Source: Camelus dromedarius
Taxonomy: Eukaryota
Assembly: GCF_036321535.1 (NCBI RefSeq)
Contig: NC_087437.1
Span: 4,650,001 to 4,714,000 of the forward strand
Length of the DNA stretch: 64,000 bases
Direction: 5' to 3'
Part shown: positions 1 to 12,779 of the stretch, in pieces
Position numbering within the stretch: the first letter of the stretch is position 1
Layout: the number at the start of each line of letters is the position of its first letter
Made by a program: the position numbers and the translations under genes
The notes under the pieces: model-generated
Databases searched by the model: none
Told to the model about the DNA's origin: nothing
What the model saw: only the letters and a program-made list of their open reading frames with translations

Positions 1-420
1 CCAGCGGTCCTGCTTCCTCAGAGTCTTCCCCCGCCCCGACGCCGAGGCGAAGACTTGCTTCCGGCCTCTGGTGGGCGCCGGCGCGGCTCCCCGCGCGTCC
101 CGGAGCGGGGTCCCGGGAGCGCAGCCACCCCGGACGCCGGCGCCGGCGGCTCCGGCCGCGGACGCGCCAGGAGAGCGCCGCTACGGGCGCGAGGCCCGTG
201 CGCGGCCATGAACGGGACGGCCAACCCGCTGCTGGACCGCGAGGAGCACTGCCTGCGGCTCGGGGAGAGCTTCGAGAAGCGGCCGCGGGCCTCCTTCCAC
301 ACCATCCGCTGTGAGTCCACGGCCCCGCTGCCGTCTCCGGCCGACCTCGGCTCCCCCAAGGTCCAGGGGGCCCCGCCAGCGTCAGCTCCCTCCTCCCACC
401 CCATATCCGCCGGGACGTCT
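1..420. promoter_or_regulatory. CpG island / EAF1 promoter and 5'UTR
   Basis: Very GC- and CpG-rich. ETS/GABP-type CTTCCGG at 58-64. No ATG before 208. In human, EAF1 is head-to-head with METTL6 (recall), so this promoter may be bidirectional. Confidence 0.85.
208..310 (+). CDS. EAF1: EAF1 (ELL-associated factor 1) coding exon 1
   Basis: gccATG then [34 protein letters not shown]; donor GTGAGT at 311; 103 nt. Confidence 0.97.
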
Positions 421-2200
421 CGTCTTTTCCTTTTGTTTTTCTCATCTCACTCCTCCTAGACCTGACCCTTCGTCCCTCCCTACTGTTCCTGTGCCTCGTG
501 GTCCCACATGCTTCTCCCGAAGATCAGCCGCCCCTTTCTCTGTTCATGCCCCGCCATGCCCTCCCGCGCGCCGAACTCCCCTTTTTCTTCCCGCGAGGCT
601 GTGACCCCGTCATCAGACTCCAGTCCTTCTCCCTAGCCGCCCCCTCTACTTCCCCACCGGGGTCTCCACGCTCCAAGGACTCCTCAGTTTTCTCCGGAGT
701 TTCTTCCACTCTCCCTCCTATTCCATTCTCCCCTTCCCTGTTCTCATCACTTTTCTTAACTCGTCCGTTTTGGTTCTGTCCTCCCTCACCCCCGCTTCAT
801 CCTCTGCGCAGCCCGGGAATCTGCATCCTCCCTGCGCCTCATCAATCTTCCTCCTCCACCTCTCCGTGCCAACTTTTTGTGTGACTTTGATGTCTCTTGA
901 GGTCACCTCCCCCCGACTCTTCCTGGGGACCAAGTTCCTCGTGGGTGAAGAATAAAATTAGAGTTTGTGAGCCAGGAGGAAGTTGAAACTGGATCTCTGT
1001 TTGGAAGCAGAAGAGAGCAGGCATAAGGAATGTGGAAACAGTCCTTATGCTGGACTTCTGGACCCAGCTTCATCATGCTGGACCCCTCTGCATGATGAAG
1101 GACTCTGTTAAGGGAGGGCTTCCACTTTGTGCCCCGGGTAAAGACTTGGCCTTTGGAGCATCCCTCTGTGATTCCCAGGCTCCTGGTTTCCCAACCTGGT
1201 AGCCTTCGTGCTGGTTAAGACTTGTTTTTGTCTAAGGGGCTCCCAGATGTGACTCAACGCATTGGAAGAGGGCGTGTTAGATAATGAAGGTCTATGTTTG
1301 TGTGGTCACTTGGCCAGGCCGTTACTGTGCTTCCTACTGACAGCAGATCAGCCCTTTCAGAGGGAGGACATTGGCAACGTGATATGGGCGTCATTTCCCG
1401 AGCGGTTTACTAGGCTAGTGTTTTAGTAGCGTGGAGGGCAGTGTGGGATTTCAGTGAGACCCTTCAGAGAAGCACTTGGCCTGCAGTTTGAGGCAGGTGT
1501 GTGTTACAGTGGTGTAAGACAGCTGTTTGTGTTGTGCTTTAGCAGTTTAGAAATGTGGGCAGGATTCATCTTTGGAAATAGAGTTCAGGCACCTGCTCCG
1601 AACATCTGCGGGAGTATCTTGGTTAAAGCTGTGGAAGTTGAGTGTGGCATATCCTAACTCTGAGAGTTCCTGTGGGAAATGAAATCAGCTTACAGGATGC
1701 CACGGCTTTTTATATTTCACTGTGGATTTTACAATCATGGGATTTTTTAAAATGTGCCCTGTTGCTTTTGATCCTTATAATAACCTTAATAAAACACCTC
1801 ATTATGAATAATAAGGTGTTAATGTTCATCTGTCACTTGGGGGAAGGGAATATCTTCGCTTAATAAAATGGGGTATAAATTCTAGCTTTTTTTTCCCCCT
1901 TCAAAATAACTCAGTGGGGATGGGAGGAAAAGTAGGTGAGGGTATAGATGAAACAAGATTGTCCCGGAGCTGGTAGTTACTGAGGCTGGGTGATAGTACA
2001 CAGGGCTCATTGTGTTATTCTCTCTGCTTTGGCATGTGAGAAGTTTTCCACAGTGAAGTAGCTTTTTAAAAAAGCCTGAGTAGTTTGTATTTTCTGTCTA
2101 CCTGAGTTATAAAAAATTTCAGTTCTTTAGTGAGAATGCTCTGGAAGCCTTCATTGTAGGTAATCTGGTGGGTAAATGCTTTTTTCTTATTGCCCTTTAG

Positions 2201-2295
2201 ATGACTTTAAGCCAGCATCTATAGACACTTCCTGTGAAGGAGAGCTACAGGTTGGCAAAGGAGATGAAGTCACAATTACGCTGCCACATATCCCT
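2201..2295 (+). CDS. EAF1: EAF1 exon 2
   Basis: Pyrimidine tract and tttag acceptor; (Y)[31 protein letters not shown]; donor GTGAGT; 95 nt. Confidence 0.97.
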
Positions 2296-2869
2296 GTGAG
2301 TTTTACTCCATTGTTTTAATGTGGGATCACTGTGAAGCCTTGTATCCTATGTTGTTGTGATTTGATTTTCTCTTGTTTAAAACGTTCTAGATTTCCAAAG
2401 TGCCATTATAAGGAAAAAGAATTTTGGGGGGGGGTTGGGGTGGGTGGGATAGAATTCATGCTTCCCAGGTACTTGAGTAAAAATAATTCTTTGCCATTTT
2501 CCCCCAATCAACTGTAGAGAGGAAAGTCTTGGGCGCCCTGCGGATACAAAGGCTGTAACAGCTTAAGAGCGTGGGAAGGCAGGGGCGACATGGTTCATGT
2601 ATCTGGCAAGGGGTGATGTGCAGGCTGGTAGTTTCAGGCGGAACCAGAGGTTCAGAGTATTTAGCTCAAGTAAGGATGAGGAATCCTTGTAGAGAGACTG
2701 TTTTGAAGCCTTGCCCGAGGCAGCAGTCTGATCACAAAACCCAAAGGAACAGACAAGATACTCTTAATGAACAGGTGTCATCGCATGCCCTGGCCCTGTC
2801 CTGGAACATTGGAAGTTCTTGGTAACCAGGGATAGAATGAAAAGGTCTGGACAGGGAGCCCTGGGAAGC

Positions 2870-3030
2870 TTGGTGCTGAGGAAGAATTACTGTCTGCCGG
2901 TTCCACCTGCCACCTCATTACTTGTTGCCTTTGACAAGTTACATCATCTCCCTTTGGACCTTAGTTTCGCAGATGTGAAAGGAAGGGATTAGATAAATGG
3001 TCCCTATGGTCCCTTACAAGTCTAAATTTT
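2870..3030. mobile_element. MIR SINE fragment
   Basis: ctttgacaagttacatcatctccctttggaccttagtttc resembles the MIR core. Confidence 0.6.
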
Positions 3031-3094
3031 TACTGTATGAATAAAAAGTCAAGGAGCCAAGCAGTTTTGATTCCATACGGGGGATTAAATGCTA

Positions 3095-3430
3095 TATTTG
3101 TCTAATATTAATTGAGCACCTCCTGGTGGGCTGGCTCATTACTAGGCACTGAGAATACAGTCTTGAACAAAACAGCACATTTCTTGCCTTTATGGAGTTT
3201 AAATATAAGAAAACATAGCATTTATTTTTAGGAAATCCTGGAAGGCTTCCCTGAGGAAGTGACTTCTGAGCAGATTTGAAGGTTGGATAATTGAAAGGGA
3301 GGGAGGGGTTGGCATGTTGCAAGCAGAAGCCTTGTTAAATCCCTGCACGAAGGGGCTCGAGGGTCTGACAGGAGGCCAGCAGAGTCCTGGGGTGCGGTTG
3401 AAGGGCCAGGTCGTGAGGGAAGGCCTTGGG
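3095..3430. mobile_element. L2 LINE 3' fragment
   Basis: aattgagcacctcctggtggg...ctaggcactgagaatacag...ggcttccctgaggaagtgac is typical of L2. Confidence 0.6.
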
Positions 3431-3923
3431 CAGATGAATGGTGTGATGTGCTTACTTAAAACTAATCAGAATTAGGGGCTGCCATGGGGAGTGCTCTGTG
3501 GTGACTTGTCTGAAGGGACATCGCTGGGCTCCCCACTTACAAGGGGATACAGAGATCACTCAGCGGCTCTGCTTCTCACGGTGACAAGTCATGGTTCGTT
3601 GACTTTTCTTAGTTCACACTTCACCATTATTTGTACCGTTTGCCCCATCGCCGGAAGAACGTACAGTAATTTTAAAGTCGTGTATCACCTTTCTTGATTA
3701 CTTAGAGCCAGTCGCACAGTCACGGGTTCTTGCTGTATTATTTCCTCTTTATTTTCGCTTGGGAAACCAGAAAGAGTTCAACTGCAGATCAGTTCATTCC
3801 GGTCCTTTTTGAGTAGCTCTGATAAAAGATCTGATGAGGTCGAGTCCCCGGTAGACTCAGTGTCAATGTTCACGACTGCGGTGTTCAGTCTGACGGTCTC
3901 AGTTATCCTTCTGTGGCATGCAG

Positions 3924-4060
3924 GGGTCCACGCCACCCATGACTGTGTTCAAGGGGAACAAGAGGCCATACCAGAAGGACTGTGTGCTCATCATTAACCA
4001 CGACACCGGGGAGTATGTGCTGGAGAAACTCAGCAGCAGCATCCAGGTCAAGAAGACGAG
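3924..4060 (+). CDS. EAF1: EAF1 exon 3
   Basis: cag acceptor; [45 protein letters not shown](R); donor GTACGG; 137 nt. Confidence 0.97.
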
Positions 4061-4854
4061 GTACGGGAGTAGCAGGTGTAGGCACGTGGGGTGTGTCTGT
4101 GGCTTGGAGTCTTGTGCCAGCGATGGCGTAAGGATGCAAGCATCTGGGTCCTGCCTGTCCTGTCCAGTCCCAACGGCTCCACCCGTGTCTTCTCAGACAA
4201 GTCAACAAAACATCTCTTCCTCAAAGGCAACAAAAAGAAATGATGCTTTTAAGACCTGAAACATGGAAGCCATCGAGGAAAGGGGGATACTTCGCAATTA
4301 AATCAGTTTTATTGATCTCATGATTGTTGATATAGTAGCACCTCAGGGATAAAATTTAAATGTACAGATTTGTAATTATGAAAGAATAATTGAATAATAT
4401 ATATAGTTTATTAGAGTGCAAACATTTTTTACCAGATTATGTTCAAGGTCATTATAATACCAAAATGAAGCTTTGTCTATTTTTTTTGAATAGTGAGCTC
4501 TCTTTAATATTGAATTCAACAGGCGTTACACGTCTAACGTGAAGCCAATTAAATTTTATCTTACAATCAAAATTCATTCTATAAATGGAAGTAACCCAGT
4601 GGTTCTGTTGTTATATGGTGATACAGCAGTTACTGTAATAGAGTAATTAAGTTTTAAAGAGAGTGTTAGATCCTGAGGTTCTTCTGTTCATGCGTCCTCT
4701 AGCCTCTTTTCTTTACTTGTTCCCCGAAAGTAAAAGCAGCTACCATTCATCGAGGGGTGACCACACGCCAGGCTCTGTGCTAGATGTTTTACGTGCATTG
4801 TCTAATCTTTACAAATGACTTTGGGAAAGGCGGTGTTGTTACCCTTTAAAGTGC

Positions 4855-4881
4855 GCACACACACACACACACACACACACA
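4855..4881. repeat. (CA)n microsatellite
   Basis: Uninterrupted CA run. Confidence 0.95.
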
Positions 4882-5688
4882 GATGAAGTCTGAGGGTTGG
4901 TGAGACTGGGGCTGGTCCGGGGCCGCATTCCGCAGAGCCCCCTCCTCTCCTGCCACAGTGCCTTTGTGCTGATCACCTCCGTGAACCAGGTGCCGCTGTT
5001 AGGCCTCCAACAGCTGACGATTGTAGGTGCTTCTCTTACTCCAGTGTCATCCTGGAACTCGCAGTTCTTTTTATCACTTAGGTGTTTGATAAAGGACAGA
5101 CTTGCAGGACCTCCGTGGTCAGAATCTGCACTTTAACGAGATCCCCAGGTGACGTGTGCGTACACCAAATTTTGAAGAGTGCTGAGCCAGTCCATTTACA
5201 GAAGAAATTGTTAACGAATAGGATTTTCTTGGTTTGGGGTGGAATGCTCTACTTGTCTGCCCGCAAGAGCTGGCACATGGCAAAATCAGCAAGCAGTAAA
5301 GAAATAATGGAGAAAATTGCATAGGGACCAGTATTTCAAGAGCTAGTTTTATTTATTAACTCGTGCACTTGTGATTATAACTTTGCAGTGTGCACAGGTC
5401 AGGTGGTTCTATTTTCTGGTAGTAAGATGGGTCCTCATGATCACATTATATCCTTCCCGTGTATCTTGTCTGCCACTTGTGATAAAACGTCAGCCCCCTG
5501 CAGGCAGCGAGTCTGTTTCACTCCTCTTTGCAGTAGAATCAGTTCATGTGATACAATCACACGCATCCGTATTTGAGGCTGTGTCAAGAGCCCAGGTTCT
5601 GCGGAGACTCCCAGGTGCTTGGTCCCCTGGGCGAACTTGAGAACCACGATTTCTGCCCCACCAGTGTGATGTCTGCGTCTCGTTTCAG

Positions 5689-5879
5689 AGCTGAGGGGAG
5701 CAGTAAAATCCAGGCTCGGATGGAGCAGCAGCCCCCTCGGCCCCCACCGCCATCACAGCCGCCACCACCTCCACCGCCCGTGCCGTTCAGAGCTCCAACC
5801 AAGCCTCCAACTGGACCCAAAACATCTCCCCTGAAGGACAACCCCTCACCGGAACCTCAGCTGGACGACATCAAAAGAG
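5689..5879 (+). CDS. EAF1: EAF1 exon 4 (proline-rich)
   Basis: tttcag acceptor; AEGSSKIQARMEQQPPRPPPPSQPPPPPPPVPFRAPTKPPTGPKTSPLKDNPSPEPQLDDIKR; donor GTAGAG; 191 nt, phase consistent. Confidence 0.96.
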
Positions 5880-7389
5880 GTAGAGGGTGTTTTCTGGAGC
5901 TGTGACAGCAACTTGGAGGACAGCGTTGTCTTTGTGGAGGGGACAAGGCCGCTGTCTGGGGTGGCCCTGGTGTTCTCTGCCATCATAACAGCTTCCGCAG
6001 GGCTCCCGTGCATATGTGATGGGCTCGGGGCGCCTACCACTTACCTGACTTGACGGGGCCGTCGGGAATAGTGGCTGGCGCTGTGCTGTCTTTGCAGCTT
6101 TCTGCTGAGAAGCCCGCATTTTCAGCAAGCCTCTCTGCCATCTCAGGGTCATGCGATGCACCTGATGGATTTGGAAGAAGAAAATTCCAAGATGTTGGGG
6201 TGAAAACCAAGTGTGCCAATGTTAGTATAGTGTGTAGGTCAGAGGGACATGTCAGCTGCTTGTACTAACACACGGTGTGTAAACATGGACGCACCACGAG
6301 GGCCAGTGGCCGTGGACTCTGGCCTAGGGAGACCTGGAGGTCGGGTCAGACTGTCTCCAGTGTAAACCTGAGATAGAGCAGCTGACCTTGGCTCTCTCCC
6401 CTCTACAGTGGGCGGTGTTGTTGTCCACACTCTTAAGAAGTTATGAAGGTAACTGTGGTGTTTCCTATTTGTGAAGTTTGATGAAACAAAGTTAAATCCA
6501 TCACAGTAGTAAACAGGGAGAGATCAAAAGTTGCCGTTGGGAAGCTTGCCTCTTCCACCTTGTGGAAATGCTGTCTTTCAGCAAACAAGATCACTCTGCG
6601 TGGTGCATAGTTGTTAAGCCTCTTGATTTTTTTTCCCTCACGGATGTTAAAATGCTTTGTGAGAGTTTTCACTTTGGTCGGACAGGAATTGGACCACGCG
6701 GGATTAGTTGTTGCCAGGTACGCTTTGAGGAACCAGAGTCGTATAAGGCCACATGGTGTTTGGACAGGAAAGTCTGCCATCTCTCAATTCTGTCCTATGC
6801 CATGTCCTTCATGAACTCACAGACAGTGAGATGGTTCCATAAAACGTGTTCCTTCCCTGCTCTGTGATTATCAGAAGTGCAGTGCCTGGAGGCGTGGCTG
6901 TCAGTCTAGTGTGTGAAGGGGGTGGAGGAGCCATGTGGTCCCACAGTCTCTCCTGGGCCCCCACGGCTCCTCCTGCAGCTGGAAAGGACCCCAAGGGCTG
7001 TCTGCTCTGGCCCTTCCTCTCCCTGGAGCTCCTTGAAGATTCACTGGCTAGAGTGGGTTGGAGCAGGCCCTTGGGCCTTCCAGATCCGGGTCACATCATC
7101 CTCAGAACAGTGCTCCTCTCTGCTCTTTTCTGGGGTTTAATCCCATAATTCACTATTTTCTTTTTTTAGGAGATGAAAGCTGAAAGAGACTTAATTCATT
7201 TCTTAGAAAAGTCATTGTCCTAAACAGTTTGCTTTTTGGTGGTTTTGGGCGAATCGAACGTCTCCCTCGTCTGTGCGGAGACAGGTTAGGCGTTTCTGTT
7301 GGTGAGAGCTGGTTCGGGTCACGTCGTCTTGGCTCTGCCGGGCTCCTGTCCCGCGGGCTGGGTGCCAACGTGTCCTGTCGTCCCCGCAG

Positions 7390-7626
7390 AGCTGCGGGCC
7401 GAGGTGGACATCATCGAGCAGATGAGCAGCAGCAGCGGGAGCAGCTCCTCCGACTCTGAGAGCTCGTCGGGCAGCGACGACGAGAGCTCCAGCAGCGGTG
7501 GCGAGGACAACAGCCCTGCGTCCCCCCTGCTGCCGCCGCCCCACCAGCCGCCCTTCGGCAGCCGGCCGGCCGTGGCCAACGGGACCAGCCGGCCTCAGGG
7601 AAGCACGCAGCTCATGAGCACCCTCC
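7390..7626 (+). CDS. EAF1: EAF1 exon 5 (acidic Ser-rich transactivation region)
   Basis: ccgcag acceptor; ELRAEVDIIEQMSSSSGSSSSDSESSSGSDDESSSSGGED...QLMSTL; donor GTGAGT at 7627; 237 nt. Confidence 0.96.
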
Positions 7627-8599
7627 GTGAGTGCGCTGTCCCTCACCTTGTTGGCAGGTGGGGGGACTCGGGCCGGGCTGAAGGCAGCTAAGGCACAAGG
7701 AGGGGTCCTGACAGACGGTCTGGAGCAGAAAGGAGCAGTCACCAGACAGTAAAGGAGGGACACGCAAAACTGAACACCCGTGCTCACTCCCTGCTTTTCC
7801 CCATTGGCACAAATTAGGCCCTGTGGATTCTGGAAAGTGCCAAAACGTGACCAGCCGGGCTCTTTGTTTTTGCATATACCCAGCTTGAGGGGCGCTGCCT
7901 GCCCCCCTCTGTCGCCCATCTCCAGGTCTCTTTACACACGAGAGCCCTGTGTCAGACCGCAGGGCCCACGGCCCACAGAGTTGGGAGCCTGTGCCGTGCG
8001 GATGTATTTGAAGGCCTGCTAGGCTTCGGTGGGAGGAGAGGAAGGGACACTGTGGTGTCCCGTGGCTTTCGGTGCAGTTGGCAGTGCAGCAGGGCGGAGG
8101 GGAGGCGGGGAGGTGCGGGCTCTGCGCTGTTCTCCCTCCAGGCCCTGTGATGTTCTCTCACTGGGTGTGGCTTCTGTGGGAAGGTCGGGGGCAGTGGCGG
8201 GCAAGTTGGCCTGGTTGACCTGCCTCCTGTGGAGCAAAGATAGTTCTCAGCGTCGACACCGTGGACGTGTGAATGTGCTAGTGGGGGCCTGGCCCATGCA
8301 CCATGGGATGGTGAAGAGCGTCCCTGGCGTCTCCCCCGGATGCTGGCGCACTCCCTGCTGCTCCCCCAGCTGTGTCAGCCCTCAGTGTCTCAGGACACGG
8401 CCACATGTCCCCGGGGGCAAAACCCCTGCCGGTGGAGGACCACCGTGCTGGGCCCTGCTCTGCTACCTGAGTGAGTTCGGCACTGTCATGATGTCAGTTG
8501 GGGTGGTGTCTGCCCACCACTCGGGCCAGGTTCTGGCTGTCAGGGTGTGTGGGATGCTCTTCTCGGTTGGCCCGGTGGGTAAGTTTCACACTGGGAGCT

Positions 8600-9190
8600 T
8601 GGTATCCCTGATGGGAAACTACCAGACTGTGTGTAGTTTTTATCTATCAGTATTTGCCATATTGGAAATTAAAACTGAGAAATACTTAAAACATTCAGTG
8701 ATTCATTTAAAAGGACAATAGTGAACTATCATATGTTAACAAAAATAATATTTTTATGAAAAGTAAAATTTTCAAATCAAAAAGGTGTTTAGTGAGAGAG
8801 GTAACATTGCTTTAAAATTTTGCAAGTCTCGGAGAGGAGGGTATAGCTCAAGTGGTAGAGCACATGCTTAGCATGCACGAGGCCCTGGGTTCAATCCCCA
8901 ATGCCTCCATCACAAAACTAAACAAATAAACCTAATTACCTCCCCCCAGCAAAAAAAAAAAAAAATCCTAAAATTTTGCAAATCTCTTCAACATCTGCCT
9001 TGGTAGAAAGCTGTATTCTTACATATGCTTCTGCGTTCAGTCTGTTGCCATAGATTATTTAGGTTGAAGTGTATGAAGAAAATCTGGCCTCACACAGATA
9101 GATATGTAGTCAGAAAAAGGAGGGCCGCAGATTGAATCCTTCTGGAAGGATCTCAGGGACCCCAGGGTCCTCAGAACAAACTGAGAAGAG
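8600..9190. mobile_element. hAT-Charlie1-like DNA transposon remnant, interrupted by a SINE
   Basis: tttagtgagagagg...ttttgcaaatctc...gtatgaagaaaatctggcctcacacagata...ctcagggacc matches Charlie1 as recalled. Confidence 0.6.
8831..8968 (+). mobile_element. tRNA-derived SINE (camelid Vic-1-like)
   Basis: A box tagctcaagtgg, B box ggttcaatcc, A15 tail; 18-bp TSD taaaattttgcaa(g/a)tctc at 8813-8830 and 8969-8986. Confidence 0.85.
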
Positions 9191-9786
9191 GTGGCCCGGA
9201 GATCAGTCACCCAGAAATACCAAGGTTCACTTTTGTTCTTTTCCAAGTGGTATCAACTGGGGTCCTGAGATTAATATTTCAATCTAATCTAAGCTAATCT
9301 ATCTGATATGATAACATTAGATTGAAATACTCACATTCTTTACCCCTAAACCCGAAATTCTGCACACTGAACAGAAGTTGGAGACTTCACAGAGCTCGTT
9401 AGTTGAGACCTGAGGTGGGCAGTGAGGAGAGCGCGCTCTACGGGAGCCCAGCTCGGTGTCGTTTTAGTTGTAAAGCAGCGTATGTGAACAGTTCTAGACA
9501 CTGAGTGAATTATTCATAAATTTTTTTTGCTATTTATTTACGCATACAAAAACTGGCCAGCCTCTCTTCCTCCCCTGTTCTGTCCCAGTGAGCGGTGTTG
9601 CTGTGCTTTGCGACACCAGAATTAGCAGTTCTTTAAAAATGGCGACTGCACCCGTTTTGTCACTGAGCCACCTCGGTTTTCCTTGCTCACTAAGTTGAAG
9701 TGGCCTGCTTTTCCATCCAGCAAAGAATGGCAGGGAAGCCGTTTTCAAGTTGTGTGCTCTGGTTTGACTCTGTTTTCTCTTCACAG

Positions 9787-9833
9787 GAAACGACTTGCAG
9801 CTGAGTGAGTCTGGCAGTGACAGTGAAGACTAG
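9787..9833 (+). CDS. EAF1: EAF1 exon 6 coding part (stop)
   Basis: ttttctcttcacag acceptor; (R)NDLQLSESGSDSED then TAG. Six exons sum to 810 nt = 269 aa. Confidence 0.96.
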
Positions 9834-12745
9834 AGCCGGGTCTTTCCGAGCCAGCTGTCCAGGGCACCTGCCGCTGTGAGCACGGGCGCTTCGGCGCGAG
9901 CCCGCTGCCAAGGGGAGGATGCGGTGGGTCGGGGACTGTGGGAGGAGGGAGGCTCTCGGGCCTCGGATATCCATGTCTTTAACTTAGTGGTGATGGGTGA
10001 TTTTCTCGTGTAATTTTTGAACAATTTCACGTTTCAGAGTTTCAGTAGATCTGTAGAAGAACTAACAGAATCTTTTCTTATTTGGTTAACACCGTTAATG
10101 AAGAACAGACAGGCGTGCCCTGGTCTAGGTGCTCAAAGGCGTCTCTTCACCTGGCCAGTGATTTCAGTTTTAACCCTCAGCAGCCGCCAGCTTGGCCAGA
10201 TGTTTTGCACCAGTGAAAGAAAAGGCAGTCTCAGGGCGGGAGAGGGGGCCCTCCCCCTGCAGCACAGAAGTGTGTCTAAGCCACTTTAACTTTTGCCCTG
10301 AAGTGGTAAGGAAGCCGTCTGACCACCCCCGAGCCAGCCTGGGGTCCCTGCAGCACTGTCGGTCAGCCCCTTGTCTGCAAGCAAGGGGAAGCATACGGCT
10401 GGTTCACGGCCAGTCTGGCCCCCATCTGGGCCTTGCCCACTGCTCCCTGCCCTGAGTCTCACTTGCTAGAACAGAGAGTCTTATACTTGGGAATCAGAGT
10501 TGTGTGCTGGAACTTGCATTGGCTTCCAGAAGGCAGAATTGTTGGCTACTTATAGCTCCATTTGAGATCCAAACAGCCCCTAAATACACAAGGCGGGGGG
10601 AGCAGATTAAAGCAGTGGCCGCCATACTGAGGCCTGGCGTTCCACACGGACCATACTGGTGTCCTTCCAAGGGGTGGTGGTGGGAGGGGAAGGAACCTTT
10701 CTGAGCACAGGACCCAGCGGCCGGTTTCCACACCAGGGTTTGGATAGGCGTTGTTAGTGGGGAACAAGCAGCAGTGTGTGGTGAGGTGTTTCTGTTCGTG
10801 CTTCTGAAGCACTGTGTGTGCCTGGCTCCCAGACCGCGCCTGGCAAAAAGTCACAGGTTGCCTCTGGAGTTGCAGTTTCCAGGCGAATCCGCTGCTGCAG
10901 GAAACCGGCCACTAGTCACATTCTGTGTTCAGTGGACGTGTGCTAAACCGGCCCGCCGTTCCCGGGGAGTAGCCCGTTCCGGCATTTGAGTGAACATGTT
11001 CTGAGAAACTCCGTCTTCTTTGGCTCAGTGGGCATCGGGAACATTAAGAGCAATTCTCCTCCCTGGGGATGGCCTTTCCCTTCCCAGCCCCAGAGGGGAG
11101 CGGTCTGGACCCAGAAAGGCAGAGGGACAGGCTGGTGCCCCGAGGTGGGGTCTGAGCCCGGACAAGGCTTCAGCGGGCTTCATGGTGGGGAGAGCTGACT
11201 TAGAGTGAACAGATACTTGGTTTTTAATTCCTCAGTAGCGGCAGCTCAGGGAAGGTCAGGTCCTGGTTGGGAGACTTGTTGCCGGACATGGGGGTGGTTT
11301 CCCTGCCCTCTGCGTGCTCAGGCTGGGGCAGGTTCCAGGAACTTGAACTAAAAATAGTCTACCTAAGCCTCCCTCTTTTAGTTTTGCCCGAAGTCCTGAT
11401 TTATATGGACAGACTGTGGTTTGGGGCACGTCGGGTCAAGGTGTTTATTTCATAGGAAGTGCTCATAGGTGGCCGTGGGCTGGGTGAGCCGGGTGCGCTG
11501 AGCTGGGACCGTCCCCCCGTCACCCCTGGCGCAGCCCTGCTGGTGTATCATCTGTGATCACAGCTCCAGGCTTGTTCTCTGCTCAGGCCTTCAGGGTTCC
11601 CTCTCCTCCCTCTCCAGCTTTACCTGACAGAGTGAGGAATCTTTTCTCTTTGGAAACCCAGAATTTGGCCCCACAGACTGCTTCTCACGAGAGCCCTCCC
11701 GCCAGCTGAGCTGGACTTGCTCTCTCTGGGTCTGTGCCTTCTCAGCCCCACACCGCCACCCCGGCCCCTCTCCCAGGGCTCTGTGGCTGCCCCGTTCCTG
11801 GGCTCTTCCTCTGGGTTTCAGCCAACTGGAGTGCCATCTGCACACACAGCCCTTCCTCTCACTTGGGCTCTGGTTGGCAGGAACGCCTTCTAAGCAGGAG
11901 CCGCCATTCTCCCCTCCTTCCCTGGAGTGTACACGGGACACTCGGTGCTCACAGCCTGCAGGGAGGGGCAGGGGAGCAGCCTGCGGAGCTCAGGGGCACG
12001 CGGAGGGCCAACATTCCCAGCACTTGGAGACAGCCGAAAACTACCCGTGCTGATTTCCACGGGTTTGAAGTCTCAAGCTAAATAGTTTAAATTGCCTTTT
12101 CTTTGTTCTGTGTGACATCTGCCATGTCGTGGGCCACTCAGCAACTCCCAAGTATCTCAGGAGCCATGGCAACCTGCCGCAGTCAAGACGCAGTCTGGGG
12201 AAACTTAAACAGACTAGAGCTTTGTCCGGGTGCCAGTCATCAACCATTTACCATTTTATTTCTTCAGCAGAATCATTTTTCCTATGTGTGATATTAATAG
12301 GGATGTGCTTCAGTGGCGGGAAAACTTGAAAATTCCAAAATCCTTACTTCTCTATCTGAAAGGCTGGTTAAGTGGGGGGATTTGTTATATAATTTGGAAA
12401 GGGTAAGCGTCTGTTCTGTGGATATCTGTCAGGTACGGCCAAGTTGAATGTTTCCATTTGGCGAGGAAGGTGGGATTCCCGAAACTCAGGCCTTAGCCTG
12501 AGTAGGTGGACAAGACCAAGTGAAGTGTCATGGAATGTGTCTTGTTCCAGCTCTTACCACTTCCATCTTGGGTTCATGTCTCATTCGTTAATCGTTATTA
12601 ATATCTTGTTCCTGAAAGTTTATTTTGCTTAATTATGAAGTAGATGTGCATGTTTTTATTTATGTAAAGTATTTGCTGTGTAGTTTTTTTGGTTTCAAAG
12701 ATCACTATACTTAAGTAAACAGTGAAGGTCAGCCCTGCACTTCAT
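9834..12745 (+). other. EAF1: EAF1 3'UTR (end approximate)
   Basis: Repeat-poor stretch after the stop codon, ending in an AU-rich block; recognisable repeats resume at about 12780. Confidence 0.6.
12714..12719 (+). terminator. Candidate EAF1 poly(A) signal (variant AGTAAA)
   Basis: AGTAAA with U-rich sequence upstream and GU/U-rich tgtcttgtgggttttatttt about 25-45 nt downstream. Confidence 0.5.
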
Positions 12746-12779
12746 GTCTTGTGGGTTTTATTTTCTTACTAGAAACCTA

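Noticed and set aside
7212..8721. Long ORFs of 230-270 aa (7212-, 8029+; also 15384-, 17113+, 18746+, 36896-, 40223-, 60813+)
   Set aside because: They are GC-rich stop-poor frames that overlap real exons, run antisense to them or run on into introns; I recognised no independent domain.
8835..8910. tRNA-Ala-like sequence
   Set aside because: It is followed by a SINE body, an A tail and a TSD, so it is a SINE head rather than a tRNA gene.
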